A model generated the notes under the pieces. The model was not told the origin of the DNA. It did not search any database and worked only from the letters and a program-made list of their open reading frames with translations. DNA of 64,000 bases from contig OX597827.1 of the NCBI GenBank assembly GCA_951406725.2, positions 2,232,001 through 2,296,000 on the forward strand, given 5' to 3'. This DNA comes from Octopus vulgaris. Taxonomy: Eukaryota. Shown here piece after piece: positions 1 through 13,919 of the stretch (position 1 is its first letter; every line of letters starts with the position of its first letter). A program made the position numbers and the translations under genes.

Positions 1-119
1 GAGTGTACGGAGTGGGGGTGCAGATAACTACGAAAACTATAGTTTCGTGTATGCGTCAGGGTCGATAACGGCGATCATCAGAGGACTAGTGTTAAAGATA
101 TGTTACATATATTTCGGTG

Positions 120-2130
<2,011 letters not shown>

Positions 2131-2429
2131 AAATGCTCCGCCTTGGCTATATATATATTGCAATGCTTTGTCTCCTGCCCAGTAAAGAGAAAAATTAAAA
2201 CAAAATAGAATACAATAGGCTAAAATAAAACAAAAAAGAAATGCGTTAAAGAAGATCTGTGGATGCAAAACTTACGTGTAGAGACACATTCGAGTACGTA
2301 GCTAGAAAGATAATTACGTGCACGTAGGCATGCATACACAAGCACACGTATACATAGAGAGTTGTGTTTACTCTTTTACTTGTTTCAGTCACTTGACTGT
2401 GATCAAGCTGGAGCACAGCCTATTGTACA

Positions 2430-2577
2430 ACAGGGGTCGCCACCACCCTCTGCCGGAGCCTTGTGGAGCTTTAGGTGTTTTTGCTCAATAAACACACACA
2501 ACGCCCGATCTGGGAATCGAAACCGCGATCCTCTGACCACGAGTCCGCCTACCTAACCACTGGGCTATTGCGCCTCC
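2430..2577 (-). mobile_element. Family C SINE, 3'-truncated copy
   Basis: Aligns with 56840-56979. Confidence 0.78.
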
Positions 2578-2599
2578 TATGGTCATTGCGTCTCCTATC

Positions 2600-2797
2600 A
2601 CAATACAATAGATCTGCTCTCAGGAAGTCAAGCAAATGGAAGTCTCCAGGAAAGGATGAAATTCCTAACCTTCTGGTTGAATGCCTTCCCAGAGAGCCTA
2701 GTCATAACAGCAACTTGAAATTCTAATCTGTTGTCTCTTCGGGTCTCTGGGTGAGACCTGGAGTCAAATTGTACAAATACAAAGCAAAAGTCAAATC
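2600..2797 (+). mobile_element. R4/Dong-type RT N-terminal fragment joined to a probable 3' UTR, followed by (ATG)n(ATA)n
   Basis: RSALRKSSKWKSPGKDEIPN/WLNAFP resembles the WKSPGxDxIxNFW motif. Confidence 0.55.
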
Positions 2798-2813
2798 TAA
2801 TGATGATGATGAC

Positions 2814-2878
<65 letters not shown>

Positions 2879-3754
2879 TAATAATAATAATAACGATGAT
2901 GATGGTATACACACACGCACACATACATATAGATACATATATTTATCGCAACTGTCTGACGAACGGTCACGTGAAACTGACTTTGTGAAGACTTTCCGGT
3001 TTCAATAGTGTTTGATATAGATAGATGGATAGATGGATGGATAGATAAATAGATAGAGATATCGATATAGATATGTAGATATATACATGAATAAATGAAT
3101 AAATATATATCTATATATATATATGTGTGTGTGTAGAAATGCATACATGAATACATGAAGTTGTATGCAAACATACACACAGTACACATGCTCACACACA
3201 TATTCACTCAAACACACGCACACGCACACACACACACTCACACGTCTATATTCATGTGGGAAAACTTAAACATGTATAATGTATATAAATTGATAGAGCT
3301 GTTGAAACAATATGAGTAATAAGCAGAATTCAATGCGATGCACACAGCGCGTGCACTAGCACAAGCAATCAGACACACATCACTTTCTCTGAATGCGCGT
3401 GCGTGCGTGCGTGTGTGCGTGCGTGCGTGTGTGCGTGTGTGCGTGTGTGCGTGCTTGCGTGTGTGCGTGTGCTCTGGCTCGCGTTTCTTTACATGAGAAA
3501 ATACAGGCATAACTGATTAACACGGTAAGCATGCGCACACGTTTGTATGAATATGTTTCATGCACGTGAGTTTCTGTGCATTTGTGTCTGTGTTTCGTTG
3601 GAGAAACACGAGAGAAAAACTTAACACGTGGGTCTATATACTTTGTTACTTTTAAACGGCAGAAAATTGGGGGAGAATACACACGTGCATGCATCGAAAC
3701 TCGTGGCCTCCGAGTCACCTTTATAACTTCCTGCGTGTTAAGGGTAATAGTGTG

Positions 3755-3898
3755 TGCTGTGTAGGTAGCTTGCTTACCAACCACATGGTTTACATGTTCA
3801 GTCCCACAGCGCGGCACCTTGGGCAAGTGGCTTCTGCTATAGCCTCGGGCCGACCAAAGCCTTATGAGTGGATTTGGTAGACGGAAACTGAAAGAAGC
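3755..3898 (+). mobile_element. Family B SINE, 5' half
   Basis: GCTTGCTTACCAACCACATGG..GGCACCTTGGGCAAG..GGATTTGGTAGACGGAAACTGAAAGAAG. Confidence 0.8.
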
Positions 3899-4036
3899 TC
3901 CTGCACTTATAAGCCACTCCTGCGCATATAAGCCATTTCTGCGCCTAGAAGCCACTCTTGCGCCTATACATATACATACATATATATACGAGTCTGTGTA
4001 TGCATACAATTGTGTTTGCATATGTATATATGTATA

Positions 4037-4067
<31 letters not shown>

Positions 4068-4068
4068 C

Positions 4069-4424
4069 AATAATAATAAAGGATAAAATTAATTAATTAA
4101 TTAATAATTAATAATTTTACTAAGTAGTTCGGTATGTTAAAAGAACCATTGTCGGTAAACAAATACAAGAATTCTACAATTATGAGTATAATTACAATCA
4201 GGGTTCATCAAAATTTGCTTCACCACATACCGAAATTTAGAAATAGCAGTTAAACTACTATTCTACTACTATAAGATATCTCCCAGACAGCAATACTCAA
4301 CAACTCACTTATGGTAGGAGAATAGTAGTTTAACTGCTATTTCTAAATTTCGGTATGTGGTGAAGCAAATTTTGCTGAACCCTAATTATAAATTATAATT
4401 TATACTCATAATTATAGAATTCTT
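4069..4424. mobile_element. Element with ~110-bp inverted-repeat foldback, inserted in (TA)n
   Basis: Arms 4167-4275 and 4308-4424 are near-perfect reverse complements with a 32-nt spacer. Flanked by TA tracts at about 4040-4067 and 4425-4562. Confidence 0.75.
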
Positions 4425-4457
<33 letters not shown>

Positions 4458-4465
4458 TTACATAC

Positions 4466-4567
<102 letters not shown>

Positions 4568-4572
4568 TGAAT

Positions 4573-4914
4573 GCGCATGGCTCAGTGGTTAGAGCGTCGA
4601 GCTTACGATCGTGAGGTTGTGAGCTCGAATCCCGGACCGGGCTGCGTGTTGTGTTCTTGAGCAAGGCACTTTATTTCACGTTGCTCCAGTTCACTCAGCT
4701 GTAGAAATGAGTTGCGACGTCACTGGTGCCAAGCTGTATCGGCCCCTTTGCCTTTCCCTTGGATAACACTGGTGGCGTGGAGAGGGGAGGCTGGTATGCA
4801 TGGGCGACTGCTGGCCTTCCATAAACAACCTTGCCCGGACTTGTATCTAGGAAGGTAACTTTCTAGGTGCAATCCCATGGTTATTCATGACCGAAGGGGG
4901 TCTTTGAAAAAAAA
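4573..4914 (+). mobile_element. tRNA-derived SINE (family D), full length with A-tail and 10-bp TSD
   Basis: A box TGGCTCAGTGG, B box GAGCTCGAATCCC, central TTGAGCAAGGCACTT..CACTCAGCTGT segment and an A-tail. TSD AGTTATGAAT at 4563-4572 and 4915-4924. Confidence 0.85.
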
Positions 4915-5859
4915 AGTTATGAATATTTAGAGCTTGGTATTTAGATCCTAGTCTCTAAATATGTATGCATTTACCCAAAATATGTGCAATGCCTTTCTTC
5001 TCTTTAAAAAAACCTAAAACACAGGCATCTCCTTATTTTCAACATCTCTGATATATAGGTTGCATACTATAGCTGGTCATACCGAGAAAGGCAAATTTCT
5101 CAGTGAAAAATTCCCAGACTGGGGGACGTGAAAGTATGGGTCGTAAACTCTCTTAACACCTGTTACAAGAGGTGCCCATCGTTTCCACATCTGTGTAACA
5201 GTGTATAAGTCCTTTACGTGACTGCAAAGCCACATGTGTCCTTCATATGTTTTAGAGAACAGCAAGCGATGGTTTTGCTCGAAATCGAGATGCACCCATG
5301 ATGTAAGTATAAATGTAAATATGTGTATAATTATGGATCTACATACGCATGTATGTTTATGTGTGTAAGTATATGTATGAATGTATGTATGTATATACGT
5401 ATGTATGTGTATAATATTATATGTGTGTGTGTGTATGGGTATTTGGATGTGTATATGTGTGTATATGTACGCATGCACGGGTATAGATTTGCTCATTTAT
5501 CGAAGAAGTTTGCTTCGCATTCTTGGAGTCAAAGGTTTGATGCGATTGTGCAGCGACTCGGTAAGTGTCTTTTAGCTCGAAGTTGAGTCGGTTAAACCTT
5601 TCAAGTGAAATTAAAGTACCAAGAACCGAAAAGTAAGCTCCTCGAATATATTCTACCTGTAATTTAAAAGGCGGAATGCCATTATACACCTCATCAGGTT
5701 AATTCTACTTCAGAATTATATTGATTAAAGGATACTCAAACATACATACATAGTTGAGTATCGTATCGCCGTCGTTGTCATGTCTTGTACGTCAGCAGCA
5801 CTTTGATGAAACACAACGAAAGCCTTCTCGATTAAGCGCGAGTTCCCCAGTTACCTGCT

Positions 5860-6150
5860 CACTTTTGTCTAAGCAGCTCTTAATATTGTCCATTCATTAC
5901 GTTCTTTGCCTGCCTTCTAATCTACTGCCATCTTCTTTTCCTTTCATGATGATATTTTCCAAACCTCTGCTTCTTCGTATATGGTCATTAGAGATGAGGT
6001 TTAGTTTCTTCACAATGTTCAGGAGTTGTTGTGTTTCACCTACTTGTTGTAACACCCATTCGTTTGGCCGGGCCAGTGATCCTTGTAAGAGTCTCGTAGC
6101 ATTCTCGTATACTCCCACGGTTCAAACGCATTGATTATATTTTCTAACAC
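5860..6150 (-). mobile_element. RTE/BovB-like LINE C-terminal fragment, degraded
   Basis: NEWVLQQVGETQQLLNIVKKLNL..DHIRRSRGLENIIMKGK..GSR.EGRQR. Confidence 0.7.
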
Positions 6151-6344
6151 GGCTTCAGAGTTTGAGGATGGAGTATAATCGATTATAACGACTCAAATAC
6201 TGTACTGACTCTGAAGGATAAAAGACTAAGATAATTTCAGTCGTAACTAGACATCGGAAAGCGCGTTTTGTCAGCTGCTCTATCGATTCTCCCCATTCAG
6301 TCGACCCCACTGCTTTATCATAAAAGACTGATATTCACTCTATC

Positions 6345-6382
<38 letters not shown>

Positions 6383-6394
6383 ACCTACATACGT

Positions 6395-6514
6395 GTTGTT
6401 GGTGATTTCTTTTCCTTCATTTAGCTTTTGTCTTTCTCCTTTTCGACGAAGAGCTATGCATGAAACGTCAAAAGCTCTCACCTTTTACTGAGCGTCAAAC
6501 TAATACATTCCTTG
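6395..6514 (+). mobile_element. Diverged relative of the H1 HHR repeat
   Basis: CTTTT-CGACGA-A-GAGC-TAT-GCAT-GAAA-CG-TC-AAAAG (6439-6474) followed by CTGAGCGTC as in H1. Lies between TA tracts. Confidence 0.55.
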
Positions 6515-6518
6515 TATG

Positions 6519-6549
<31 letters not shown>

Positions 6550-6559
6550 GTGTGTGTGC

Positions 6560-6609
<50 letters not shown>

Positions 6610-6738
6610 TAACAAGAAATTGAAAAGTAGCATACATAATACCAAAAACAAGACAGAAAACATAACGAAACCAAGTAAAGTACCACAACCAAAACGCAAA
6701 ATTCATCAAGCAAACATCAACAGGAATATAAATCATAA

Positions 6739-9066
6739 CCAGAAAAAAATCCATTTTTTTACGTCAGGACAACAAACACCGGAGAAAGAAAAAATCCAAG
6801 AGGAAACATACCCCAAACAACTGAACGTATAGATCCTAAAATAATTAATTTATCAAAAAGAGATCTTGACAATGATGAAATCCAACTTCTGTCAAAAGGA
6901 CTGAAATTCACACCTACACCAACAGCCAACCACCAAGAATTAAAGGAGGATATCCAAAAATTCTGTCGAAAATTACGACTTGTAGAATTCTTCGCTAACA
7001 AAAGTAATGAGATTGATGAATCCCTAGTAAGGAATAAATCAAATTTCACCCCACCAAAAGGAAGAAATAACTACCTTGACCAATACATTGATATCCTGTC
7101 TAAATTTCCCCTTAGACGCAATACCAATGTTAGGCCAAACATTAGCAAATCAGAGATGTCTGCATGTAAACGTATACAAAACGATCAAACAATAATAATT
7201 AAACAAGCAGATAAAGGTGGTGCAATTGTTATTATGGATACCGAATACTATAAGGATTTGGTTGAAGACCAACTGAAGGATACAACCTTCTATTGTGAAA
7301 TACCCGCAAATATAGACCACCACATCATGAAAAAGATCAACAACCTGATTTCAACACACCACAACTCACTTACGGATAATGAAAAAGACTACATCACCAA
7401 TTTTGAACCAAAACCCAGCAACTTCTACGGCTTACCAAAAATACACAAATCAAAAAACATTCAACAGGCAGTAAAAGAACAAGAAAGTGAGTACATAAAA
7501 TTATTACATCCAAAAGACCTAAAACTTAGACCTATTATAGCTGGTCCAGCATGCCCTACACACCGTCTAAGCAATTTTATTGACATTGTTTTGAAACCAC
7601 TATGTACTTACATACCAAGTTTCATCAGGGATGACATCGACTTCCTGTCCCATCTTCCCAAAACAACAGAAACAAATTCAGTTTTACTAAGTTTTGATGT
7701 GGTAAGCCTCTACACCAATATTCCACACGATTTAGGAATAAAGGCGATTAAATACTGGTTAGAAAAACATAGAGAAGTGATTCCCAGCAGATTCACAGTG
7801 CCATTTATATTAGACACAGTCAAACTTATTCTAGAAAATAACACATTCTTCTTCAATGGAAAGAATTACATCCAAATTAGAGGCACGGCGATGGGAACGA
7901 GGTTTGCTCCCGTTTACGCCAACTCTGTAATGGGATACTTAGAAGAACAACTCTACCAAGAGGTGGAGGTAAACTATGGCACTGGATTTAGAAAGTATAT
8001 TGAAAAGGCATGGAAGAGATACCTAGACGACTGTTTCATAATCTGGACAGAATCTCTAAATACTCTGGAAGAGTTCAATATCCTCCTGAACAACCTACAC
8101 CCATCTCTCAAATTTACAAAGGAGATGAGTAGTACCAAATTACCATTCCTGGATATAATGGTAATTAAAAAAGACACCACCATCACCACAGATATATACT
8201 ATAAACACACAGACACACATCAATACCTAAATTTTAAGTCGTGCCATCCACCACATACAAAACGTAACATCCCATACTGCCTAGCCAGAAGAATTTGTAC
8301 TATTGTAGAAGATGCAAATATCAGGAACAAACGCCTAATAGAACTAAGAGAATTTTTGCTCAAACAAAAATACCCATCTCTACTTATAGAAAATGGCATA
8401 CAGCGGGCTATAAAAATACCTATACAACAACTTAGGACAACCCAAGGAAGAGGAAAACAAGAACAAGTCATACCATTCATAGTGACACACAACCCATGTC
8501 ACCAGAATATCTTCAACATTGCCAAAGCAAACCTACCAATCATTGCCCAAAGTAATGAATTAAAAGACATAATCAAGGATCGAGCTATGGTGCTTAGTAA
8601 AAGACAGCCTAAAAACTTGAAAACATTACTAACAAAGGCAAAATTTGACCTCAGCAACAAAGACCAAACATTCACGGTATCTAAATGCAATGATAGCCGA
8701 TGTGGCACATGCCAATTCATACATACCGGTCAATATATAAACACAAAAACCGGGAAAATATTCACAAACGCGAATATGAACTGCAAAAGCAGAAATTTAA
8801 TTTACTGCATCAAATGCCCAAATTGTGAAGAAATATATGTAGGTCAGACGGGAAACGCACTATTAGAACGCTCACGTGTACACCGGCAACAGATTAGAGA
8901 CCCAGAGGTCCGTCAGATACCTTTGAGTAACCACCTAGCAACATGTGGTCGGAAAATATATATAATATTTCCATTCTACAAATTACACAGCCCAAGTGAA
9001 ATCGAGAGGAAAATCAGAGAAAAGAATTTTATTGATAAATTCGAACCCAAGCTAAATAAGCAATAA
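6739..9066 (+). CDS. Penelope-like element reverse transcriptase / GIY-YIG endonuclease polyprotein (first ATG at 7156; frame open from 6739)
   Basis: RT motifs LSFDVVSLYTNIP, QIRGTAMGTRFAPVYAN, WKRYLDDCF, LPFLDI and YKHTDTHQYL..SCHPPH. Cys linker CNDSRCGTC. GIY-YIG NLIYCIKCPNCEEIYVGQTG..RVHRQQI..NHL..REKNFI..PKLN. In-frame upstream extension IINLSKRDLDNDEIQLLSKGLKFTPTP (6841-6921) is typical of PLE N-termini. No stop between TAA 6736-6738 and 9066. Confidence 0.93.
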   Translation, partial: PEKNPFFYVRTTNTGERKNPRGNIPQTTERIDPKIINLSKRDLDNDEIQLLSKGLKFTPTPTANHQELKEDIQKFCRKLRLVEFFANKSNEIDESLVRNKSNFTPPKGRNNYLDQYIDILSKFPLRRNTNVRPNISKSEMSACKRIQNDQTIIIKQADKGGAIVIMDTEYYKDLVEDQLKDTTFYCEIPANIDHHIMKKINNLISTHHNSLTDNEKDYITNFEPKPSNFYGLPKIHKSKNIQQAVKEQESEYIKLLHPKDLKLRPIIAGPACPTHRLSNFIDIVLKPLCTYIPSFIRDDIDFLSHLPKTTETNSVLLSFDVVSLYTNIPHDLGIKAIKYWLEKHREVIPSRFTVPFILDTVKLILENNTFFFNGKNYIQIRGTAMGTRFAPVYANSVMGYLEEQLYQEVEVNYGTGFRKYIEKAWKRYLDDCFIIWTESLNTLEEFNILLNNLHPSLKFTKEMSSTKLPFLDIMVIKKDTTITTDIYYKHTDTHQYLNFKSCHPPHTKRNIPYCLARRICTIVEDANIRNKRLIELREFLLKQKYPSLLIENGIQRAIKIPIQQLRTTQGRGKQEQVIPFIVTHNPCHQNIFNIAKANLPIIAQSNELKDIIKDRAMVLSKRQPKNLKTLLTKAKFDLSNKDQTFTVSKCNDSRCGTCQFIHTGQYINTKTGKIFTNANMNCKSRNLIYCIKCPNCEEIYVGQTGNALLERSRVHRQQIRDPEVRQIPLSNHLATCGRKIYIIFPFYKLHSPSEIERKIREKNFIDKFEPKLNKQ

Positions 9067-9383
9067 TAATAATACTTAGAGGTATTACTTCCACTGCTAC
9101 GACCATGACCACTAACAACAACAACAATACTAAAGGTGATCAAGACGAAGATAGCAGGAAAATTATCTTATTTAGGGTTAAAAGTTCTATTGCCACCACC
9201 ATCACCACTAGCAACAATAATTAAGGTGCTGACAATGATGATGATGACAATTGAAATATAAAAATATAAAAATCTCTGACAAAGGATATTTACAACATTT
9301 CTAAAAATAACCCAACAATTGCTGCTTCGGCCAGGGTCAAGATACAGGACTCTTGACCTGTCCAACAAAGCGTGATGCCTAAA

Positions 9384-9497
9384 CCAATCAGCTCAACCAA
9401 CCAATCAGCTTAAGTAATTGAGTGATACTACACACTGATTGGTCAGAATACAGTTTGCAAAACCTAGCACTCTGGAGCCTACCCAGCTGTATTTATA
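9384..9497 (+). promoter_or_regulatory. Promoter-like segment in PLE 3' UTR (pseudo-LTR): CCAAT x3 plus TATA-like box
   Basis: CCAATCAG at 9384 and 9401, ATTGG at 9438, TATTTATA at 9490-9497, about 65 nt upstream of the HHR. Confidence 0.45.
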
Positions 9498-9560
9498 GCA
9501 CAGAATCACTCATCTTGCTACAGTCAAAAATTGTGAAGCATGACTGTCAACACTACTACA

Positions 9561-9605
9561 TGAACCCGAAGATTGCAGAATTCAATGCATGAAAGTACTA
9601 GTTCA
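9561..9605 (+). ncRNA. Minimal type I hammerhead ribozyme-like motif in the PLE 3' UTR (C4 variant core)
   Basis: TGAAC-CCGAAGA-T-TGCA-gaattcaa-TGCA-T-GAAA-GTAC-TA-GTTCA: 5-bp helix I, 4-bp helix II, palindromic GTAC in place of helix III. Matches the minimal HHR architecture known from PLEs. Confidence 0.72.
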
Positions 9606-9760
9606 ATCAGAATGAATATTTAACATTCTACTATTTCATTTTATTTTATTCAATTATAATATATTATCTTATAATATATCATTATAAGATTGTAAATAAA
9701 ACGTGAAAATCAGACAAGGTTGGAATTCTTTTTATTAATATATATATATATATATATATA

Positions 9761-9950
9761 AAGTTAATCCAAATATGAAAACACAAAGAGAAAACACAAC
9801 TCGAGGATGTGGAACAAGTATAGTGTTATTGGACGCTCAGGAAAGCAAAGAAAGAAGGAGGATTTAACGTTTCGAGCGGAGCTCTTCGTCAGAAACATAG
9901 GAAAACGGAAGATCCAAGGAAGGGAAGACGGAGGAAAAAAATCTCGGTCA
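9761..9950 (-). mobile_element. Short HHR-bearing repeat (family H1), probable PLE 3'-end / non-autonomous element
   Basis: Reverse complement aligns with 40545-40733 and 44082-44270. Contains GTTT-CTGACGA-A-GAGC-TCC-GCTC-GAAA-CG-TT-AAA (9863-9896). The 3' end GGATTAACTT abuts (TA)n. Confidence 0.8.
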
Positions 9951-9960
9951 CATATTGAAT

Positions 9961-10014
<54 letters not shown>

Positions 10015-12664
10015 ATAAGACCAGCATCCGCACTGTTTCAGTCTACCAAATTTATCACAAGGCATACGTAGGTCCGGAGCCATAGCAAAAGACACTAGCC
10101 GCACAGTGGGACAGATCTCGAAGTCAGGTGGTTGCATAGCGAGCTCGTTAACTACAGACCCATACCCGTGCCTAAAGGAGGATGCTTTGTATCTTTAATC
10201 AGGAAGAAAGCGATTACTCATGGCACAGAAGAGAGTAAGAAAGCTATCCTGAAGCCTGACCCTAATACTTGCAACAGAGTGGACTCCGCTAAAAGCATCC
10301 AAAATATCAGATGGTGGTAGTAAACCGGGCAATAGGCTTAAGTCAACTACCCATGTATTGGTCATGGAGAAATCTTAACTTGGAACTGAAATAAACAGTG
10401 CATGACATCTAGAGGAATGTTCTTATACTTCCAGTAATCCGTTCCCCTAGATTGGTACTATTTTATTCGACCTCGAAAGGAGGAAAAGCAAATTTGACCA
10501 CAGCGGGATTCGAACTTAGAGCGCAGAAAGTCGAAACAAATATGGCGAATCATCCTGTCCGGCGCCCTAACACGTCTGCCATTTACTCATTTAATGAACG
10601 TAATGTGGCAGCTCAGTCGAGTGAACAACTGGATTAGTCATCGACGAATACGACGGAGAATCTATTTAATCTTGTCTTATTGCATGGATGTATGCGAGCG
10701 CACATCTGCATGTGTGTAAAACTGTGTCTATAAGTATGTATCTATGCATGTATATATGTATGTGTGCATGTGTGTATTATATACATATATATATATATAT
10801 ATGGATGTATGTGCATATATACGCACGCATGTACGCAAGCGCACGAACACACACGCGCGCGCTCATATAACATATATTTAAGTGTATGGGTGTATATGAT
10901 GTATATATAAGCATTTAACTTCCTGCTTGTGTTTTCATGTGTGTACAAAAACATACATACACACACATATATATACATACATATATACACACATATATAA
11001 ACATGCATATACATACGCACCTACAGAAATATATAGATTTGAATGTATTCATGCATGTATGTATGTATGTATGTATGTATATTAGTATGTATGTATGTAT
11101 AATGCACACACATCATGTGATGCAGTTAAGCAAGCAACTGTTTTACGACGCAATCATGCATTGAAAAACATTGCAATAAGCACGCACGTTAGTCACGGTT
11201 GGTGGTGTTGGTGGTGGTGGTAGTAATGGTGGCGACGGTGATGGTGTCGGTGATGCTGGTGATAGTGGCGGGAGCGGGTGATTGCAGTTGATGCTGGTTG
11301 TGATGATGGTATTGGTGCTCTTAGAGAGTTAAAATAATGACGATGGTGGTGGTGGTCTTGATGGTTGTGTTGTGGCGGCAATAGTAGTGCTGGTGGAGGT
11401 GGTAATGATAGGGGTTGTTGTTGTTCGTCTTGATGGTAATGGTGTTGGTGCTGTTAGTATTGTTATTCGTGCTTACAATGATGATGATAGTAGTTGTGGC
11501 GCATGTGATGGTGGTGGTGGTGGTGGCGGCGGCGGCGGCGGAGCTTGTGGTGGTGGTAGTGGTGGTGGCGGTGGCGGCGGTGGTGGTGGCTGCGGTGGCG
11601 CTGGTAGTGGTGGTAGTGGTGGTATGGTGGTGGTGGTAGTGGTAGTGGTGGTATGGTGGTGGTGGTGGTGGTGGTGGTGACGGTGACGATATGAATACAT
11701 TATTGCCGTTGGTAGTGTTTCTTAGCCCCAGGTCAGCATGATCGGACATAGACCTATGACATGGTCACGGATCAAATGTCTTCTATCCGTGACTTTGCCA
11801 TCTTATTTATCTAGCACCTCAGTATCATTGTGTTCTTCCTACGCAGCAGGCCGTGGGTTTTTTCAGTAGAGGTGGTACTGATGAAGTGGAGGTGGTGTGT
11901 TGTGTTGCTGATTGGCTTTAGCTGTCTCTAACTTCTGTATATCTCATGAAGTCTCTAAGGTGTAGACAAGAATAAAGTTGCATTTATTTATGGATGACTA
12001 GTAGTGGTCCATCCCCAACAAAGTATAGTCCTTGTTGTGTGGTAGCTTGTGAGCCCCAATGACCCTGAGAGCAATGCTAAAGGAGTACAAGCTCCTGGAC
12101 CACCTCTTTGTAGAGGTAAAGTTTGGGTCTACGTAGAGCCAACATCCCTACCTTGAAAGATGTAAAGTTACAGATGCTTTGATGAGAAATGAAAACCAAC
12201 AAGACCGGGGAGAGGAAAGCATTCATCCCCCCCGCCCCAGGTAAATGTATGAATCCACAGGATAGATAGAAGGGGTGCCAGTCTATACTGAGGCAGAACT
12301 GAAAATGCAGAGATCCAACTGGAAAGATGCAGTAAAAAACAGCCCAAACTGAAAAATAGCCGTGAAAAGCCGCCGATGGCCAACTTTCACTTGGGAACAA
12401 AGGATTTAAGTTGTAAAAGTTGCAAATAGTAAGCAACTGTCCGTGGAAATCTCTCCTTTTTCCTCCACCGATGTTATCCAAAGGCCGAGATATCTTGGGA
12501 CCAGTGTCGCCACGGACCTTACTTTTAGAACGCAAAAATGGTATGGGATAATGCTATAGTCGTCGTCGTTGTTGTTGGGGTCCTGGTCAATCCTAAACGC
12601 GAAGACTTATGGCTCGTCTTTTTGTATTTCCAAATCTACATTGACCCATCATCATATCTTTCTG

Positions 12665-13055
12665 AGAGCTGGCAGAATCGCTAGCACCCCGGCCGAAATG
12701 CTCAGCGGTATTCCGTTCAAATTCCGCCGAGGTCGACTTCGCCTTTCGTCCTTTTGGGGTCGATTAAATAAGTACCAGTTACGCACTAGGATCGATGTAA
12801 TCGACTTAATCCGTTTGTCTGTCCTTGTTTGTCCCATCTTTGTTTAGCCCCTTGTGGGTAGTAAAGAAATAGGTATTTCGTCTGCCGCTACTTTCTGAGT
12901 TCAAATTCCGCCGAGGTCGACTTTGCCTTTCATCCTTTCGGCGTCGATTAAATAAGTACCAGTAACGCACTGGGGTCGATATAATCGACTTAATCCGTTT
13001 GTCTGTCCTTGTTTGTCCCCTCAATGTTTAGTCCCCTGCGGGCAATAAAGAAATA
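12665..13055 (+). mobile_element. tRNA-derived SINE family A, dimer
   Basis: GAGCTGGCAGAATCG head, B box GAGTTCAAATTCC, core GCCTTTCATCCTTTCGGGGTCGAT..AAGTACCAG. Two units joined at GAAATA|GGTATTTCG. Confidence 0.85.
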
Positions 13056-13655
13056 AATATGTAATTTGAAGGAATTTAGCTGTTATTTCTAAGAAGTCGG
13101 ACGGCCACGTAAAGACCTTCTTCTTTCCATGGGTGTTGTCATTTACGGCAACAGTGGATAATAGAGGGGTGCAGTAGCAATAGAAGTGGTGTTGCTGGGG
13201 ATGGGGAGGTTACTGAAAGTGTTGGTAATAACCATAGTATAGGGTGAGTTGATGGTAATAGTGGTGGTGATGGTAGTGGTCGGTCGTGGTGATAATAGTA
13301 GTGGTGTTGGTAGTGGTGGGGACAATGGTGCTTGTATTGATAGGGGTGGGCAATGGATAATGATGTTGATCGTAGTAGCTCTAGTATAGGTGGTGGTGGT
13401 GGTGGTGGTGGTGATGGCAGTGTTGACGATTATGCTGATGATTGTGATGATGTTGATGATGATATGATGACGACGACGACGACGAAGACGACGTCGATTA
13501 TGATGGTGGTGGTGGTGGTGGTGGTGGTGGCGATGCTGGTACTGGTGGTAGTGGAGGTGATGCTTGGAGCAATAACGGATATGGTGAGATTGACAGTGAT
13601 ATTAAAGATGATGTCAGCTGTTGATGGTGGTGGTGATGCCAGTGAAGAAGACGTC

Positions 13656-13762
<107 letters not shown>

Positions 13763-13919
13763 GTGATTATGTGAACGAAAGTATGTATAGGATTTATTGA
13801 GAGTGGAATTAGGCAGTGAGGAGCGGGTGGAGGGTAGTGTCACGCTGGTGATGCTGAACGGGTGTAATGTGAGTGTGTGGGTGGTGGTGCAGTAATGGTA
13901 AAATGAGATTCCCAGAATT

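Larger units (their letters stand above)
6608..9736 (+). mobile_element. Penelope-like retroelement (Neptune-type), 5'-truncated, inserted in a (TA)n microsatellite
   Basis: Contains an RT+GIY-YIG ORF and a 3' UTR with a hammerhead motif and AATAAA (9695). Flanked directly by (TA)n at about 6569-6607 and 9739-9760. No pLTR duplication seen. Confidence 0.93.

Noticed and set aside
25-90. CTGATGA...GAAA-CTATAG-TT on - strand
   Set aside because: No helix II closing onto GAAA and no adjacent helix I pairing.
2951-2995. CTGACGA-ACG-GTCA-CGT-GAAA
   Set aside because: Core and helix II are present, but there is no valid NUH site or helix I; at best a decayed motif.
4573-4650. tRNA gene candidates (also 56900-56979 and 2500-2577)
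   Set aside because: They are SINE heads continuous with a body and, in two cases, TSDs; no proper acceptor stem.
12030-12540. Possible RTE 5' UTR and 152-aa minus-strand ORF
   Set aside because: Only a vague recalled similarity; no protein motif.
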